DNA from: Pseudomonadota bacterium
Lineage (GTDB): Bacteria > Desulfobacterota > Desulfobacteria > Desulfobacterales > JBDRRP01
Assembly: GCA_043825735.1 (NCBI GenBank)
Contig: JBDRRP010000057.1
Span: 1 to 64,000 of the forward strand
Length of the DNA: 64,000 nucleotides
Reading direction: 5' to 3'
Part shown: positions 1 through 8,028 of the stretch, piece by piece
How positions within the stretch are numbered: position 1 is the first letter of the stretch
How the letters are laid out: each line of letters starts with the position of its first letter
Translations under genes and position numbers: made by a program
The notes under the pieces: model-generated
Told to the model about the DNA's origin: nothing
What the model saw: only the letters and a program-made list of their open reading frames with translations
Database searches by the model: none

Positions 1-81
1 ACTGTATTTCATAAAAAAAGATGGTGGCTGTAATTTCAGTGATCAAATTTATTTGTCGATATAATGTCAGACATAAAAATC

Positions 82-144
82 TGCTAACAATTCATTCCAC
101 TGGATTTTGCAAACAGAGCAAAACCAGTGAATTCAGCGTTATGT
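82..144 (+). repeat. attC site 1
   Basis: TGCTAAC..ATTCCACTGG-ATTTTGC/GCAAAA-CCAGTGAAT..GTTATGT, 63 bp. Confidence 0.9.
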
Positions 145-159
145 GAGAAGACTCAGAAA

Positions 160-1254
160 ATGACAAAATATTCTCCGTTTATATATGAACCAGAAAGAAG
201 TATCGAGGTGCTAAAAAAGACTGAGATATTTTTCCAAGATAATCCTTCCATTATTCAAAAAATTTCAAACCTTGGTTGGGTCTATCAAAGCATAGGTAAA
301 ACAATACCTCATACAACTGAAAATTTTTGGTCTGGTCACTTCTTTCCTTACGTCGAATCAACTCAAGAATTCCAAATTTCATTTAATCTTGTTCTTTTTG
401 GCCTTTATAAGCAGGCATTTATGTCATTACGTAGTGGTCTTGAAGTCGGCATGTTGTCCGTTTATTACAATATTAATGATGAAGGACACAAAACAGTCCA
501 AGATTGGCTGAGGTCAAAAGACACATGGGAGGCAAATACGCCTAGAATAGAAAAAATATGGAAGATATTAAATACAAACAATAATATTGCAGATTTTAAT
601 GATAGGTTCAATCTCCGCAAACGATTTGACGATCTAAGCTTTTTGCATAACTACATCCATACAAAGGGATATAAATATTCAAACCAATTGGGAGTTCCAA
701 AATCTAACTTTCAAACATTCGAGGAAAATGTTCTTAAAAAATGGGTAGACACATATGAGGAAGTAATAATTATTGTCGCAACATTGCACATGCTGAAATA
801 TCCAATCTCAGTAATTGAGTTCGATTGGAACAAAAAAGTTGGTATAGATAATCCTTACCCTGTTCTTGAAGTATTTGAAATAAACAAGATAAAAAACCTT
901 TTACCAGATGATTTTATAGCTGAAATTCAGAAGATTGCTAAAACAGATGAATTTACGCAAGGGCTCTATAAGCATATTGTTGAGCTGCCTGACATGTCTG
1001 AAGAAGAGAAAGAACAACAAATGGTCGAATTTGACAAAAGCACAATTGAGCATGGTCAAGGTTTCCTTGAGTGGGAAAAACAGCAGCTTGAATGGATGAA
1101 AAGCTACAGCGAGAAAGAAAAAGAAAAAATATTAACGAGAATCAAATTACTAAACAAATGGGCCATTGAAAACAACATGATGAAACCTAAGCTAGAAAGA
1201 TTAAAAGAAGAAGGTTTCTTTAAAAAAGTTAAATCACATAACAATGCCAATTAA
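160..1254 (+). CDS. Cassette 1 hypothetical helical protein, possibly HEPN-like
   Basis: Long AT-rich ORF, ATG 160 just after attC1; motifs AFMSLRSGLE and LSFLHNYIH. Confidence 0.75.
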   Translation: MTKYSPFIYEPERSIEVLKKTEIFFQDNPSIIQKISNLGWVYQSIGKTIPHTTENFWSGHFFPYVESTQEFQISFNLVLFGLYKQAFMSLRSGLEVGMLSVYYNINDEGHKTVQDWLRSKDTWEANTPRIEKIWKILNTNNNIADFNDRFNLRKRFDDLSFLHNYIHTKGYKYSNQLGVPKSNFQTFEENVLKKWVDTYEEVIIIVATLHMLKYPISVIEFDWNKKVGIDNPYPVLEVFEINKIKNLLPDDFIAEIQKIAKTDEFTQGLYKHIVELPDMSEEEKEQQMVEFDKSTIEHGQGFLEWEKQQLEWMKSYSEKEKEKILTRIKLLNKWAIENNMMKPKLERLKEEGFFKKVKSHNNAN

Positions 1255-1295
1255 CGCGGACGAAAAAAACGCGCCGGTTATTGGCGACGTTGGGC
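1236..1295 (+). repeat. attC site 2
   Basis: ACATAAC..GCCAATTAAC/GTTATTGGC..GTTGGGC, 60 bp. Confidence 0.9.
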
Positions 1296-1304
1296 TATGA
1301 AATT

Positions 1305-1856
1305 ATGAATAGAAAAGAAGCAATCAAGTTAATAGAACAAAGATATGAAGAGGGAAAATCTCGAAAAGAAATATTTGAGGAGCTTTTTCTGCACGTAAAG
1401 TATAAATCAGATTTAATGCAATATATTGCTTTAGTGCCAAGCAAAGACAGCAGAGAAAAATATAAAAAAATCAATTTGTTACTTTTCTCCTTACTAATAT
1501 TTATCTCAATAACAAAGTTGCTAACCGCAACAATGCTTCTTTCAAATATTTCTATCTATTTATTGCCTGTTGCCTTAGTCGTACCGTTTATTACCATATA
1601 TTTTTCAGTAATGGTCTGGAAGTTTAGAGGAAATATGTATCGCATTTTAGGCTTACTGGGTATTGCAGGAATATTGAAAAGTATTTCAAACTTTCAATTT
1701 TATGAGAATTACACGACAACCGAATGGATATTGGAAATCAGCTTGGGTTACATGCCGGCAATTTTAGCTATCTTTTTGGCATATTACATTGGATTCAGGG
1801 CTTTCCCTTACTATAATTTTTGGGGGGTTCTACAAAAACAAAAACTGGAAATCTAA
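1305..1856 (+). CDS. Cassette 2 hypothetical membrane protein
   Basis: Charged N-terminus then about 4 hydrophobic segments; ATG 1305 follows attC2. Confidence 0.8.
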   Translation: MNRKEAIKLIEQRYEEGKSRKEIFEELFLHVKYKSDLMQYIALVPSKDSREKYKKINLLLFSLLIFISITKLLTATMLLSNISIYLLPVALVVPFITIYFSVMVWKFRGNMYRILGLLGIAGILKSISNFQFYENYTTTEWILEISLGYMPAILAIFLAYYIGFRAFPYYNFWGVLQKQKLEI

Positions 1857-1857
1857 C

Positions 1858-1943
1858 GCCCAACAAATCGCTTCACCAGACCGCTAGGCCTTCGGCCTAG
1901 TTCCCTCGCTTTGCTCGGCGGCAGGTGAGCTAAACCGTTCTGT
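1858..1943 (+). repeat. attC site 3
   Basis: GCCCAAC..GCTTCACC/GGTGAGC..GTTCTGT, 86 bp, internal hairpin CTAGGCCTTCGGCCTAG. Confidence 0.9.
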
Positions 1944-1951
1944 GCCATATA

Positions 1952-2458
1952 ATGAAAAGATTGATTGTCATCATATTGTTAATAATAGTAATCCCATTTT
2001 CCGCATATGCGAAGGCAGTTGTCTATTCATTTGAAGAAAAAGTACAAGAATCTGAATTAATAATTGTCTGTGAACTGGACCGGGTAGAACACAAGCTATT
2101 CTCACAAAACATGGCTCATGTGATGGTGGTATAAACACTTAAAGGTGATCATAAAATAAAAAATGTAAAAGTGCCCTATGGAAATAAATTGTTCAATATT
2201 AAGCGGTACAGAAAACTGTTCCAGAAACATAGACAATACATCCTATTTTTAAATTATCGTGATGATCAGTATTGGATGACTGGTCGCTTGAGTGGACATT
2301 ACGAATTATTGAAGGATGGGCAAGTATGCTTTGAGGGTGAAAAAACACCCTTTGGTATTTTTACTAAAAAGATTTCAACAATTCTAAATCAAGGCAGCAG
2401 CACAGAACCTTCAGCTCCACCTGACACCAAGGGCCTGGCGGCCCCTGGTGTCAGGTGA
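1952..2458 (+). pseudogene. Cassette 3 exported hypothetical protein interrupted by an in-frame TAA at 2132-2134
   Basis: ORFs 1952..2134 and 2171..2458 share a frame and the gap reads TLKGDHKIKNVK; signal peptide at N-terminus. Confidence 0.75.
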
Positions 2459-2472
2459 GCTTGGCGTTAACT
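2402..2472 (+). repeat. attC site 4
   Basis: ACAGAAC..AGCTCCACCTGACACCA/TGGTGTCAGGTGAGCT..GTTAACT, 71 bp. Confidence 0.92.
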
Positions 2473-2485
2473 GGCAAAATATATT

Positions 2486-2842
2486 ATGATCTTATCTGAT
2501 CAAGCATACGAAATAATAGACGAGTGTAAATGCGGGCCTGAAGAATTTTTTGTTCTAGTTTCATCGGTATATCCAGGTACAAATGAAGAATTGAATGTGT
2601 TCCTTGAAACATTGGCAAAACTAATAGATGAGAACCTTCTGAATGCCTATGTTTGTGGAAGTGACGATCAGATCACAATTACAGTGGATGACTTCAAAAG
2701 TTACATTAAAAAAAGGACCACAGCAGGTGAATCTTTGGATGAGCACCCTTCAATATGCAAAGAATATTGTTTCGTTACCTCCGGTCTCGGGATTTCGCAC
2801 TTGAAGGATGCTGATAAGCCAATATGGACCATGCCCAGCTAA
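2486..2842 (+). CDS. Cassette 4 acidic hypothetical protein
   Basis: 118-aa ORF filling the cassette; stop codon lies in R'' (CTAAC). Confidence 0.8.
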   Translation: MILSDQAYEIIDECKCGPEEFFVLVSSVYPGTNEELNVFLETLAKLIDENLLNAYVCGSDDQITITVDDFKSYIKKRTTAGESLDEHPSICKEYCFVTSGLGISHLKDADKPIWTMPS

Positions 2843-2896
2843 CATATCGCTGCAGTGGACGCTAAACAACAGCGCCACTAAGCTCAACCGTTAGGA
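2837..2896 (+). repeat. attC site 5
   Basis: AGCTAAC..GCTGCAGTGG-ACGCT/AGCG-CCACTAAGC..GTTAGGA, 60 bp. Confidence 0.9.
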
Positions 2897-2904
2897 TTAG
2901 AAAA

Positions 2905-3297
2905 ATGAAAACGATAATAACTTATATGACATGTTGGCTAGGGCTGGTAATTCTAGCGATTTTAAATGGAGCAATACGAGAGAAGATATATGGACAATTC
3001 ATGAGTGAACTGTCAGCTCATCAATTATCGACTTTTATTGGGCTTATTCTATTTGGTTTATACGTATACTTCATCACTGGTATTTTTAGTCTTAAATCAT
3101 CTAAACAAGCTTTATTGATTGGTGGCATATGGCTATTCATGACGATTATTTTTGAATTCGTTTTTGGTCATTATATCATCGGGCATTCTTGGGACAGACT
3201 ATTTCATGATTACAATTTAATCGAAGGTCGTGTGTGGATTCTCGTGCTAATCTGGACTTTTCTTGCCCCATATACTTTTCATCGGGTTCGCTCCTAA
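2905..3297 (+). CDS. Cassette 5 hypothetical 4-TM membrane protein
   Basis: 130 aa, four hydrophobic segments, stop in R''. Confidence 0.85.
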   Translation: MKTIITYMTCWLGLVILAILNGAIREKIYGQFMSELSAHQLSTFIGLILFGLYVYFITGIFSLKSSKQALLIGGIWLFMTIIFEFVFGHYIIGHSWDRLFHDYNLIEGRVWILVLIWTFLAPYTFHRVRS

Positions 3298-3409
3298 CAA
3301 GTGCATCCAGTTGACCGCAATCGCCCTCGATAAGGGGAAGAAAGATGCTCTTGGTAAGATCATCATTAATCCGGCATCGGCGTAGCGGCAACTGATGCAG
3401 GCGTTATGT
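3292..3409 (+). repeat. attC site 6
   Basis: TCCTAAC..TGCATCCAGTTGACCGC/GCGGCAACTGATGCA..GTTATGT, 118 bp. Confidence 0.92.
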
Positions 3410-4358
3410 GAAAGATAAAATTTTGAAATTAAATCTTTCTTTGAGAATAAAATCCTGGGTTCTGTTTTTCTTGATACTTGTATTCGTCTCTCCTTGCTTA
3501 AGCGAGCAAGAGGAAAACTTATTTATTGAGATCACAAATGGAAACTCCAATCCATTTAAATTAAATATAAATGAAATTGTCCAAATTGTTATTAATGAGA
3601 GAACGCACTCAGATGTTGGGGTAGAACTCGAACTGCCAGCTAAATACAGAAAACCACTTTATGATATTACTGCAAATAATATCGGGGAAAAAATGAAACT
3701 CAGAGTTGGACCTGATATTGTCTATTTTGGACTTATAATGGAGCCTCTCGAAAACGGAATTCTCGTAATGAATCATTCCAGCATGGAAGAGGCGTTGCAA
3801 ACAATCCGTAAATTGGGAATTGAGATAGATTCTGATACCGAACTTACAAATACAAATAAGAAAGATCTTTATAGAAGACCAGCCCAAAATGAAAATTATG
3901 AAAAGGCAATTCAAGCGCTAACTGATGGTGACTATGGTAAGGCGGAGAGGTTAGTGTTGAAGGCTATCGATTCAGACCCAAATGAGCCATCATTTTATGG
4001 ATTATTAAGCACTATTTATTATATTAAAGGAGATTATAAGCTTGCCTTGGTTCAATGCTTGAAATGGGAGGATTCTATCAAGAGTAAGGATATTTCAGAA
4101 TTTCCTGGAGTATTTCAATCATTGGGAGATTTATATACAAAGAAAGGTGATTATACAAAGGCCGAAGCGGCTTATATAAAATATCTCTCTGTGAACAATA
4201 ATAATCTAAAAATACATTATGGACTTGCAATTACTTATGAAAAATCTAAGCAGTATGAGCTATCAATGCAACAATTTACTTTTTTAGCGAATTCGAATGA
4301 TCAGTACTTTATACAAATCGGTTTGGAAGGGATTAATAGGCTAAAAAGCATTAATTGA
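3408..4358 (+). CDS. Cassette 6 exported protein: SecDF head-like domain plus TPR repeats
   Basis: Signal peptide; LYDITANNIGEKMKLRVG..IMEPLENG resembles the SecD P1 head; C-terminal TPR pattern (GDYGKAE, LGDLYTKKGDYTKAE, YGLAITY). Confidence 0.75.
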   Translation: MKDKILKLNLSLRIKSWVLFFLILVFVSPCLSEQEENLFIEITNGNSNPFKLNINEIVQIVINERTHSDVGVELELPAKYRKPLYDITANNIGEKMKLRVGPDIVYFGLIMEPLENGILVMNHSSMEEALQTIRKLGIEIDSDTELTNTNKKDLYRRPAQNENYEKAIQALTDGDYGKAERLVLKAIDSDPNEPSFYGLLSTIYYIKGDYKLALVQCLKWEDSIKSKDISEFPGVFQSLGDLYTKKGDYTKAEAAYIKYLSVNNNNLKIHYGLAITYEKSKQYELSMQQFTFLANSNDQYFIQIGLEGINRLKSIN

Positions 4359-4362
4359 ATTC

Positions 4363-4430
4363 ACATAACATACGGCTTGATAGGATGCGCGGAAAAATCG
4401 CCCGCCCACCTACCAGCCTAAACGTTATGT
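4363..4430 (+). repeat. attC site 7
   Basis: ACATAAC..GGCTTGATAGG/CCTACCAGCC..GTTATGT, 68 bp. Confidence 0.85.
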
Positions 4431-4442
4431 TTATGGATAAAC

Positions 4443-4817
4443 ATGCTCAATCCTGACGGTCTTATAAACGAAGTAACTCCAAGATCAAGAAAATGGATTG
4501 GAATAATCTGTTTATCAATTGCATTATTCTTAGCGATAGCAACTTATCTTTCTCAAGATATCATTATATTTGCCATAGTCCTTGTCGTAGGGCTACCGCT
4601 TTTTCTGGTTGGGATATCTCTACTTTTTGGGAACGCAAAAAACGGAAAGGGAATATTTTCACCAGTAACACTTAATTTTATTGGAATACTTATAGGGTTG
4701 GGATCAATAGCAGGAGCATTTGCCGGGGAGCCCAATACAGCAATAGGAATTGTCATTTCCTTAGGATGCTTCATGTTAGCGAGGAAACGACGTAAAGATA
4801 AGACACAGGAAACATAA
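4443..4817 (+). CDS. Cassette 7 hypothetical 4-TM membrane protein
   Basis: 124 aa hydrophobic ORF, stop in R''. Confidence 0.8.
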   Translation: MLNPDGLINEVTPRSRKWIGIICLSIALFLAIATYLSQDIIIFAIVLVVGLPLFLVGISLLFGNAKNGKGIFSPVTLNFIGILIGLGSIAGAFAGEPNTAIGIVISLGCFMLARKRRKDKTQET

Positions 4818-4870
4818 CAAGCCGCCGTTAAGGACGCAAAAACCCGCGCCCTAAGGCTCAAGCGTTGTGC
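4812..4870 (+). repeat. attC site 8
   Basis: ACATAAC..GCCGTTAAGG/CCCTAAGGC..GTTGTGC, 59 bp. Confidence 0.88.
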
Positions 4871-4935
4871 TCAAAAATAGAAAAGCCCCACGTAAGAACG
4901 TGGGGCTGAATGAGATACCAGAAACAGGAAAAATT

Positions 4936-5193
4936 CTAATGGGCAGAAGCCCTATCAAGTTCCTCTCGAATCACTTGGCGAATCACCGCCTCATTCAGAG
5001 GCGTACCGCTTTTTTCAAGGTATTGCTTCAGAGCCTCATTAATCATTGTCTGATACCCCGAGCCAGCTTCTGTCGCACGATTACGAAACTCTTCGATTAT
5101 CTCATTATCGATATAGATCGTAATCCGGGTCTTACCCTTTTGGGACACAACCGGGCCTCTTTTTGCAGATTTGAAATTATATTCCTTTTTCAT
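4936..5193 (-). CDS. brnA: BrnA-family antitoxin (RHH C-terminus)
   Basis: MKKEYNF..KTRITIYIDNEIIEEFR..GYQTMINEAL; overlaps end of toxin gene. Confidence 0.88.
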   Translation of the reverse strand: MKKEYNFKSAKRGPVVSQKGKTRITIYIDNEIIEEFRNRATEAGSGYQTMINEALKQYLEKSGTPLNEAVIRQVIREELDRASAH

Positions 5194-5449
5194 AGTATCT
5201 CCTTTCCGCTGAGGATGCCTTCCTCGCAGAAATCAGCCGAATTGAATCTCCCCGATACGTATAAACGACCAATACTATCCTACCAGTTGAATCGGATCCG
5301 ACTGTTACAAATCGTTTTTCTCCATCGATATTTTGATCTTCAATCGTTAATGCCATCGTATCGAAAAGCACGCTCTCAGCATCTGAGAAGTGAATCTTGT
5401 GTTTCTTATAGTTGCTTTTGGCCTTTTCAGGATCCCATAGGATGTCCAT
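5177..5449 (-). CDS. brnT: BrnT-family ribonuclease toxin
   Basis: WDPEKAKSNYKKHKIHFSDAESV..IRLISARKA; ATG at 5449. Confidence 0.9.
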   Translation of the reverse strand: MDILWDPEKAKSNYKKHKIHFSDAESVLFDTMALTIEDQNIDGEKRFVTVGSDSTGRIVLVVYTYRGDSIRLISARKASSAERRYYEKGI

Positions 5450-5456
5450 TATTGGC

Positions 5457-5485
5457 AAAATACATACATTGTATGTACGTGTCAA
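5457..5485 (-). promoter_or_regulatory. Sigma70 promoter of brnTA with palindromic operator
   Basis: Minus strand TTGACA-17 bp-TATTTT; palindrome TACATACA-T-TGTATGTA at 5461-5477 covers the spacer. Confidence 0.8.
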
Positions 5486-5535
5486 GCAAAATGTGTTCAG
5501 AAGAAGATAACAAGCTGAATATATGTAAAAACTTA

Positions 5536-5594
5536 GCACAGCATATCGCCGTTAGGGACGCAAAAACCCGCGCCCTACGGCTCAAGCGTTAGCT
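5536..5594 (+). repeat. attC site 9 (R'' AAC changed to AGC)
   Basis: GCACAGC..GCCGTTAGGG/CCCTACGGC..GTTAGCT; core 42/44 identical to attC8. Confidence 0.85.
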
Positions 5595-5622
5595 ACATGC
5601 TTTACGCTGAAAAAGGGTTATT

Positions 5623-6270
5623 ATGAGTATTAACATCCGTTTAGAAACTAAAGACGATTACTTCAAAGTCGAAGAACTGACACGAGAAGCGTTCTGGAAT
5701 TTATATGCTCCAGGATGTGATGAACACTATTTATGCCATATACTGCGCGATCACAAAGACTTTATTAACGAACTTGATTATGTCGCAGAAATCGATGGAA
5801 ATGTTATTGCTTCAATTATGTATACAGATTCGTACCTTATAAGTGCGGAACTAGAGAAGGTGCAAATCGTTTCATTTGGTCCTTTCTGTGTTCATCCAGA
5901 TTATCAGCGGAAAGGAATAGGTACTGCATTAATTGAAAAGACCAAATCGCTGGTAAAAAAAAGAAATATTCCAGCGATTGCTATTTATGGAGATCCTCAT
6001 AATTATTGTAAGCATGGGTTTAAGAATGGAATTGACTATAAGGTCAGCAATATGGATGGAGAGTATCCTTTAGGATTATTGGTTTTAGAGCTTCAGCCTG
6101 GATTCTTTGGAAATAAAGAATGGAAGGCGAAACAAAGTGATGTATTTTTCTTTGATCATGAGAAAGTCATAGAGTTTGACAAGAAGTTTAAGGAAAAAGA
6201 AAAGAAAATCCAATACAGCCAAGAGTTATTTAAAATGCAGATTAGGTCTTTCTTAAAAAAACTTGACTAA
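5623..6270 (+). CDS. Cassette 9 GNAT N-acetyltransferase (YhbS-like)
   Basis: CVHPDYQRKGIGTALI acetyl-CoA motif A; YGDPHNYCKHGF. Confidence 0.9.
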   Translation: MSINIRLETKDDYFKVEELTREAFWNLYAPGCDEHYLCHILRDHKDFINELDYVAEIDGNVIASIMYTDSYLISAELEKVQIVSFGPFCVHPDYQRKGIGTALIEKTKSLVKKRNIPAIAIYGDPHNYCKHGFKNGIDYKVSNMDGEYPLGLLVLELQPGFFGNKEWKAKQSDVFFFDHEKVIEFDKKFKEKEKKIQYSQELFKMQIRSFLKKLD

Positions 6271-6362
6271 CAAATGCATAAACACGGACTTTTATCGCGC
6301 CGCTTCGGTCACTACGCACTCCCTAAGCTCTGCGATAAAAGCCGGCTATGCTGGTGTTAAAT
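6265..6362 (+). repeat. attC site 10 (last in array)
   Basis: GACTAAC..GCATAAACACGGACTTTTATCGC/GCGATAAAAGCCGGCTATGC..GTTAAAT, 98 bp. Confidence 0.88.
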
Positions 6363-6383
6363 CAAACTTCAGGAGATGCGAAC

Positions 6384-7697
6384 ATGAAACAGACGGTCGA
6401 TCGGGTAAGACGCTTTTTTACTTTTTTTATAATGGCGGCGGCGATGATCCTCCTGACAAGCCCAGCACCGGTTGTGGCTGACGCTCATAAACCAATAACC
6501 CTAAACCTCATGGCAGCGGTAAAGAAGCACCCTGAAATTGGCGCTATGCTGACCGAATCCATCAAGGCAGCAAAAAAAATCAATCCCGATCCGAAAACGA
6601 ATCCGGTTCAGAGCCTTTCAGGTTATTACGATTTCATCGACAGGGCCTCGGAACTCATTCCGCAGGATGTTCTCCAAAACCCGAAGGATCTTACCCGTGA
6701 TCAGATACTGCAAAGTATCTGCTATTTCCATTTTTTGGTTGACCAGCCCCTGCCTGAATTGAGAGGCAAGGGATTGTTCAGAAACACGATTCAGTTCTAC
6801 GCCCCATTTTCCGAATGGTTACGGGGTTTTGCAAATGTCTGGGGCGCGTTTCTCGATACCGAAGCGTCGTGGACCGCAGCGACCTACAAACAATTTTATG
6901 ACGACCCGAGTTTCGGATTGCAGAAGGGCTGGTATGAGCCTTCATCGAACTGGAACACCTTTAACCGGTTTTTTTCAAGGTATTTGAAATCGCCGGAGGT
7001 TCGCCCGATCGCATCGTCAAATAATCCGGCGGTCGTCGTGTCACCGGCCGATTCAGTCCCTCAGGGCCAATGGGCAATAGACGGAAAATCTAATATCCAG
7101 GTAGACGGCGGCCTGAAAGTCAAATTGGCGACTTTCTACTCGATCAAGGACCTTCTTGGACCGGACAGCAAGTATACCTCGGCCTTTGCCTACGGCGTCC
7201 TCACCCACACGTTTCTGAATGTCAACGACTACCATCGGTATCATTTCGCTGTCGGCGGGATAGTGAAAGAGAAGAAAATCATTGCGCAAAACGTCGCTCT
7301 GGAAGTGGCGTGGGATCCTGCAAACGGCAGATACGTGCCCATCGATTCGACCGGTTGGCAGTTTTCTCAGACCCGCGGTTATGTCATCGTGGACACGGGA
7401 GAATACGGGTTTGTGGCACTGATCCCCATGGGCATGGCGCAGGTATCTTCCGTAAATTTTGAGGATAATGTCACTGTGGGGGCCGAGCGCAGGAAAGGTG
7501 ACATGCTCGGTACGTTTCTGTTCGGCGGGTCGGATTTCGTAATGCTCTTCCAGGAAAAGGCCGGGCTTGTGATCACGGCCCCGAGAGAAACCCCAAGCGC
7601 CCAAAAATCCGATGCAGGGCCGGAGCATGGGAACCCGGCTTACAAGCATATTTTAATGGGCGAGGCGTACGGTGTAATGAACAGGAAGGCGCAATAA
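6384..7697 (+). CDS. Phosphatidylserine decarboxylase-family protein with N-terminal signal peptide
   Basis: FNRFFSR, SPADS, DYHRYH and FGGSD self-cleavage motif; RBS AGGAG. Confidence 0.85.
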   Translation: MKQTVDRVRRFFTFFIMAAAMILLTSPAPVVADAHKPITLNLMAAVKKHPEIGAMLTESIKAAKKINPDPKTNPVQSLSGYYDFIDRASELIPQDVLQNPKDLTRDQILQSICYFHFLVDQPLPELRGKGLFRNTIQFYAPFSEWLRGFANVWGAFLDTEASWTAATYKQFYDDPSFGLQKGWYEPSSNWNTFNRFFSRYLKSPEVRPIASSNNPAVVVSPADSVPQGQWAIDGKSNIQVDGGLKVKLATFYSIKDLLGPDSKYTSAFAYGVLTHTFLNVNDYHRYHFAVGGIVKEKKIIAQNVALEVAWDPANGRYVPIDSTGWQFSQTRGYVIVDTGEYGFVALIPMGMAQVSSVNFEDNVTVGAERRKGDMLGTFLFGGSDFVMLFQEKAGLVITAPRETPSAQKSDAGPEHGNPAYKHILMGEAYGVMNRKAQ

Positions 7698-8028
7698 ACG
7701 TCAAATGCCGGGCTTTGCGCCGGACCCAAAGTAACCCAGCCGCCCGGGCCAATTGCCGGCGCTGCAAGCCGCCATCGCTTTACGATTTGGCCGGTGCCGG
7801 TCTGCGGAGTACCCATTCAGACCGAACGGTGCATTTGCCAGCGGCCCCGGGTGCCAAGGCGCCAACGATCCGTTTCCGATTTACATGCCAAGCACCAATT
7901 ATCGATTCGTGGTATTGAGAAGCCTGTGCGGCGCGTGCCTCTCATAGCGTTTCCTGCGTGGCGCCGCGGTTCAGCATCACTGTGGGAAAAAACCCACTGG
8001 CGTTTTCTGCATAGGCATAGATAACATA

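Larger units (their letters stand above)
82..6362 (+). mobile_element. Integron gene-cassette array (distal part): 10 attC sites, 9 complete cassettes; integrase not in window
   Basis: AT-rich ORFs with minimal leaders, separated by 59-118 bp imperfect palindromes bounded by ..AAC and GTT.. core sites; each cassette's terminal R'' complements the GTT core at its start. Confidence 0.95.

Noticed and set aside
1..81. Tail of an upstream cassette gene (frame 2 open to TAA at 62-64)
   Set aside because: Too short to call
4867..5592. 241-aa plus-strand ORF spanning cassette 8
   Set aside because: Antisense shadow of the clearly recognisable brnTA pair
1..6362. CRISPR array or intI/attI in the AT-rich region
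   Set aside because: Repeats are non-identical and separated by whole genes; no tyrosine-recombinase ORF is present
7690..7830. Eleventh attC after the psd-like gene
   Set aside because: AATAAAC is a poor R'' match and no paired L boxes or GTT core follow
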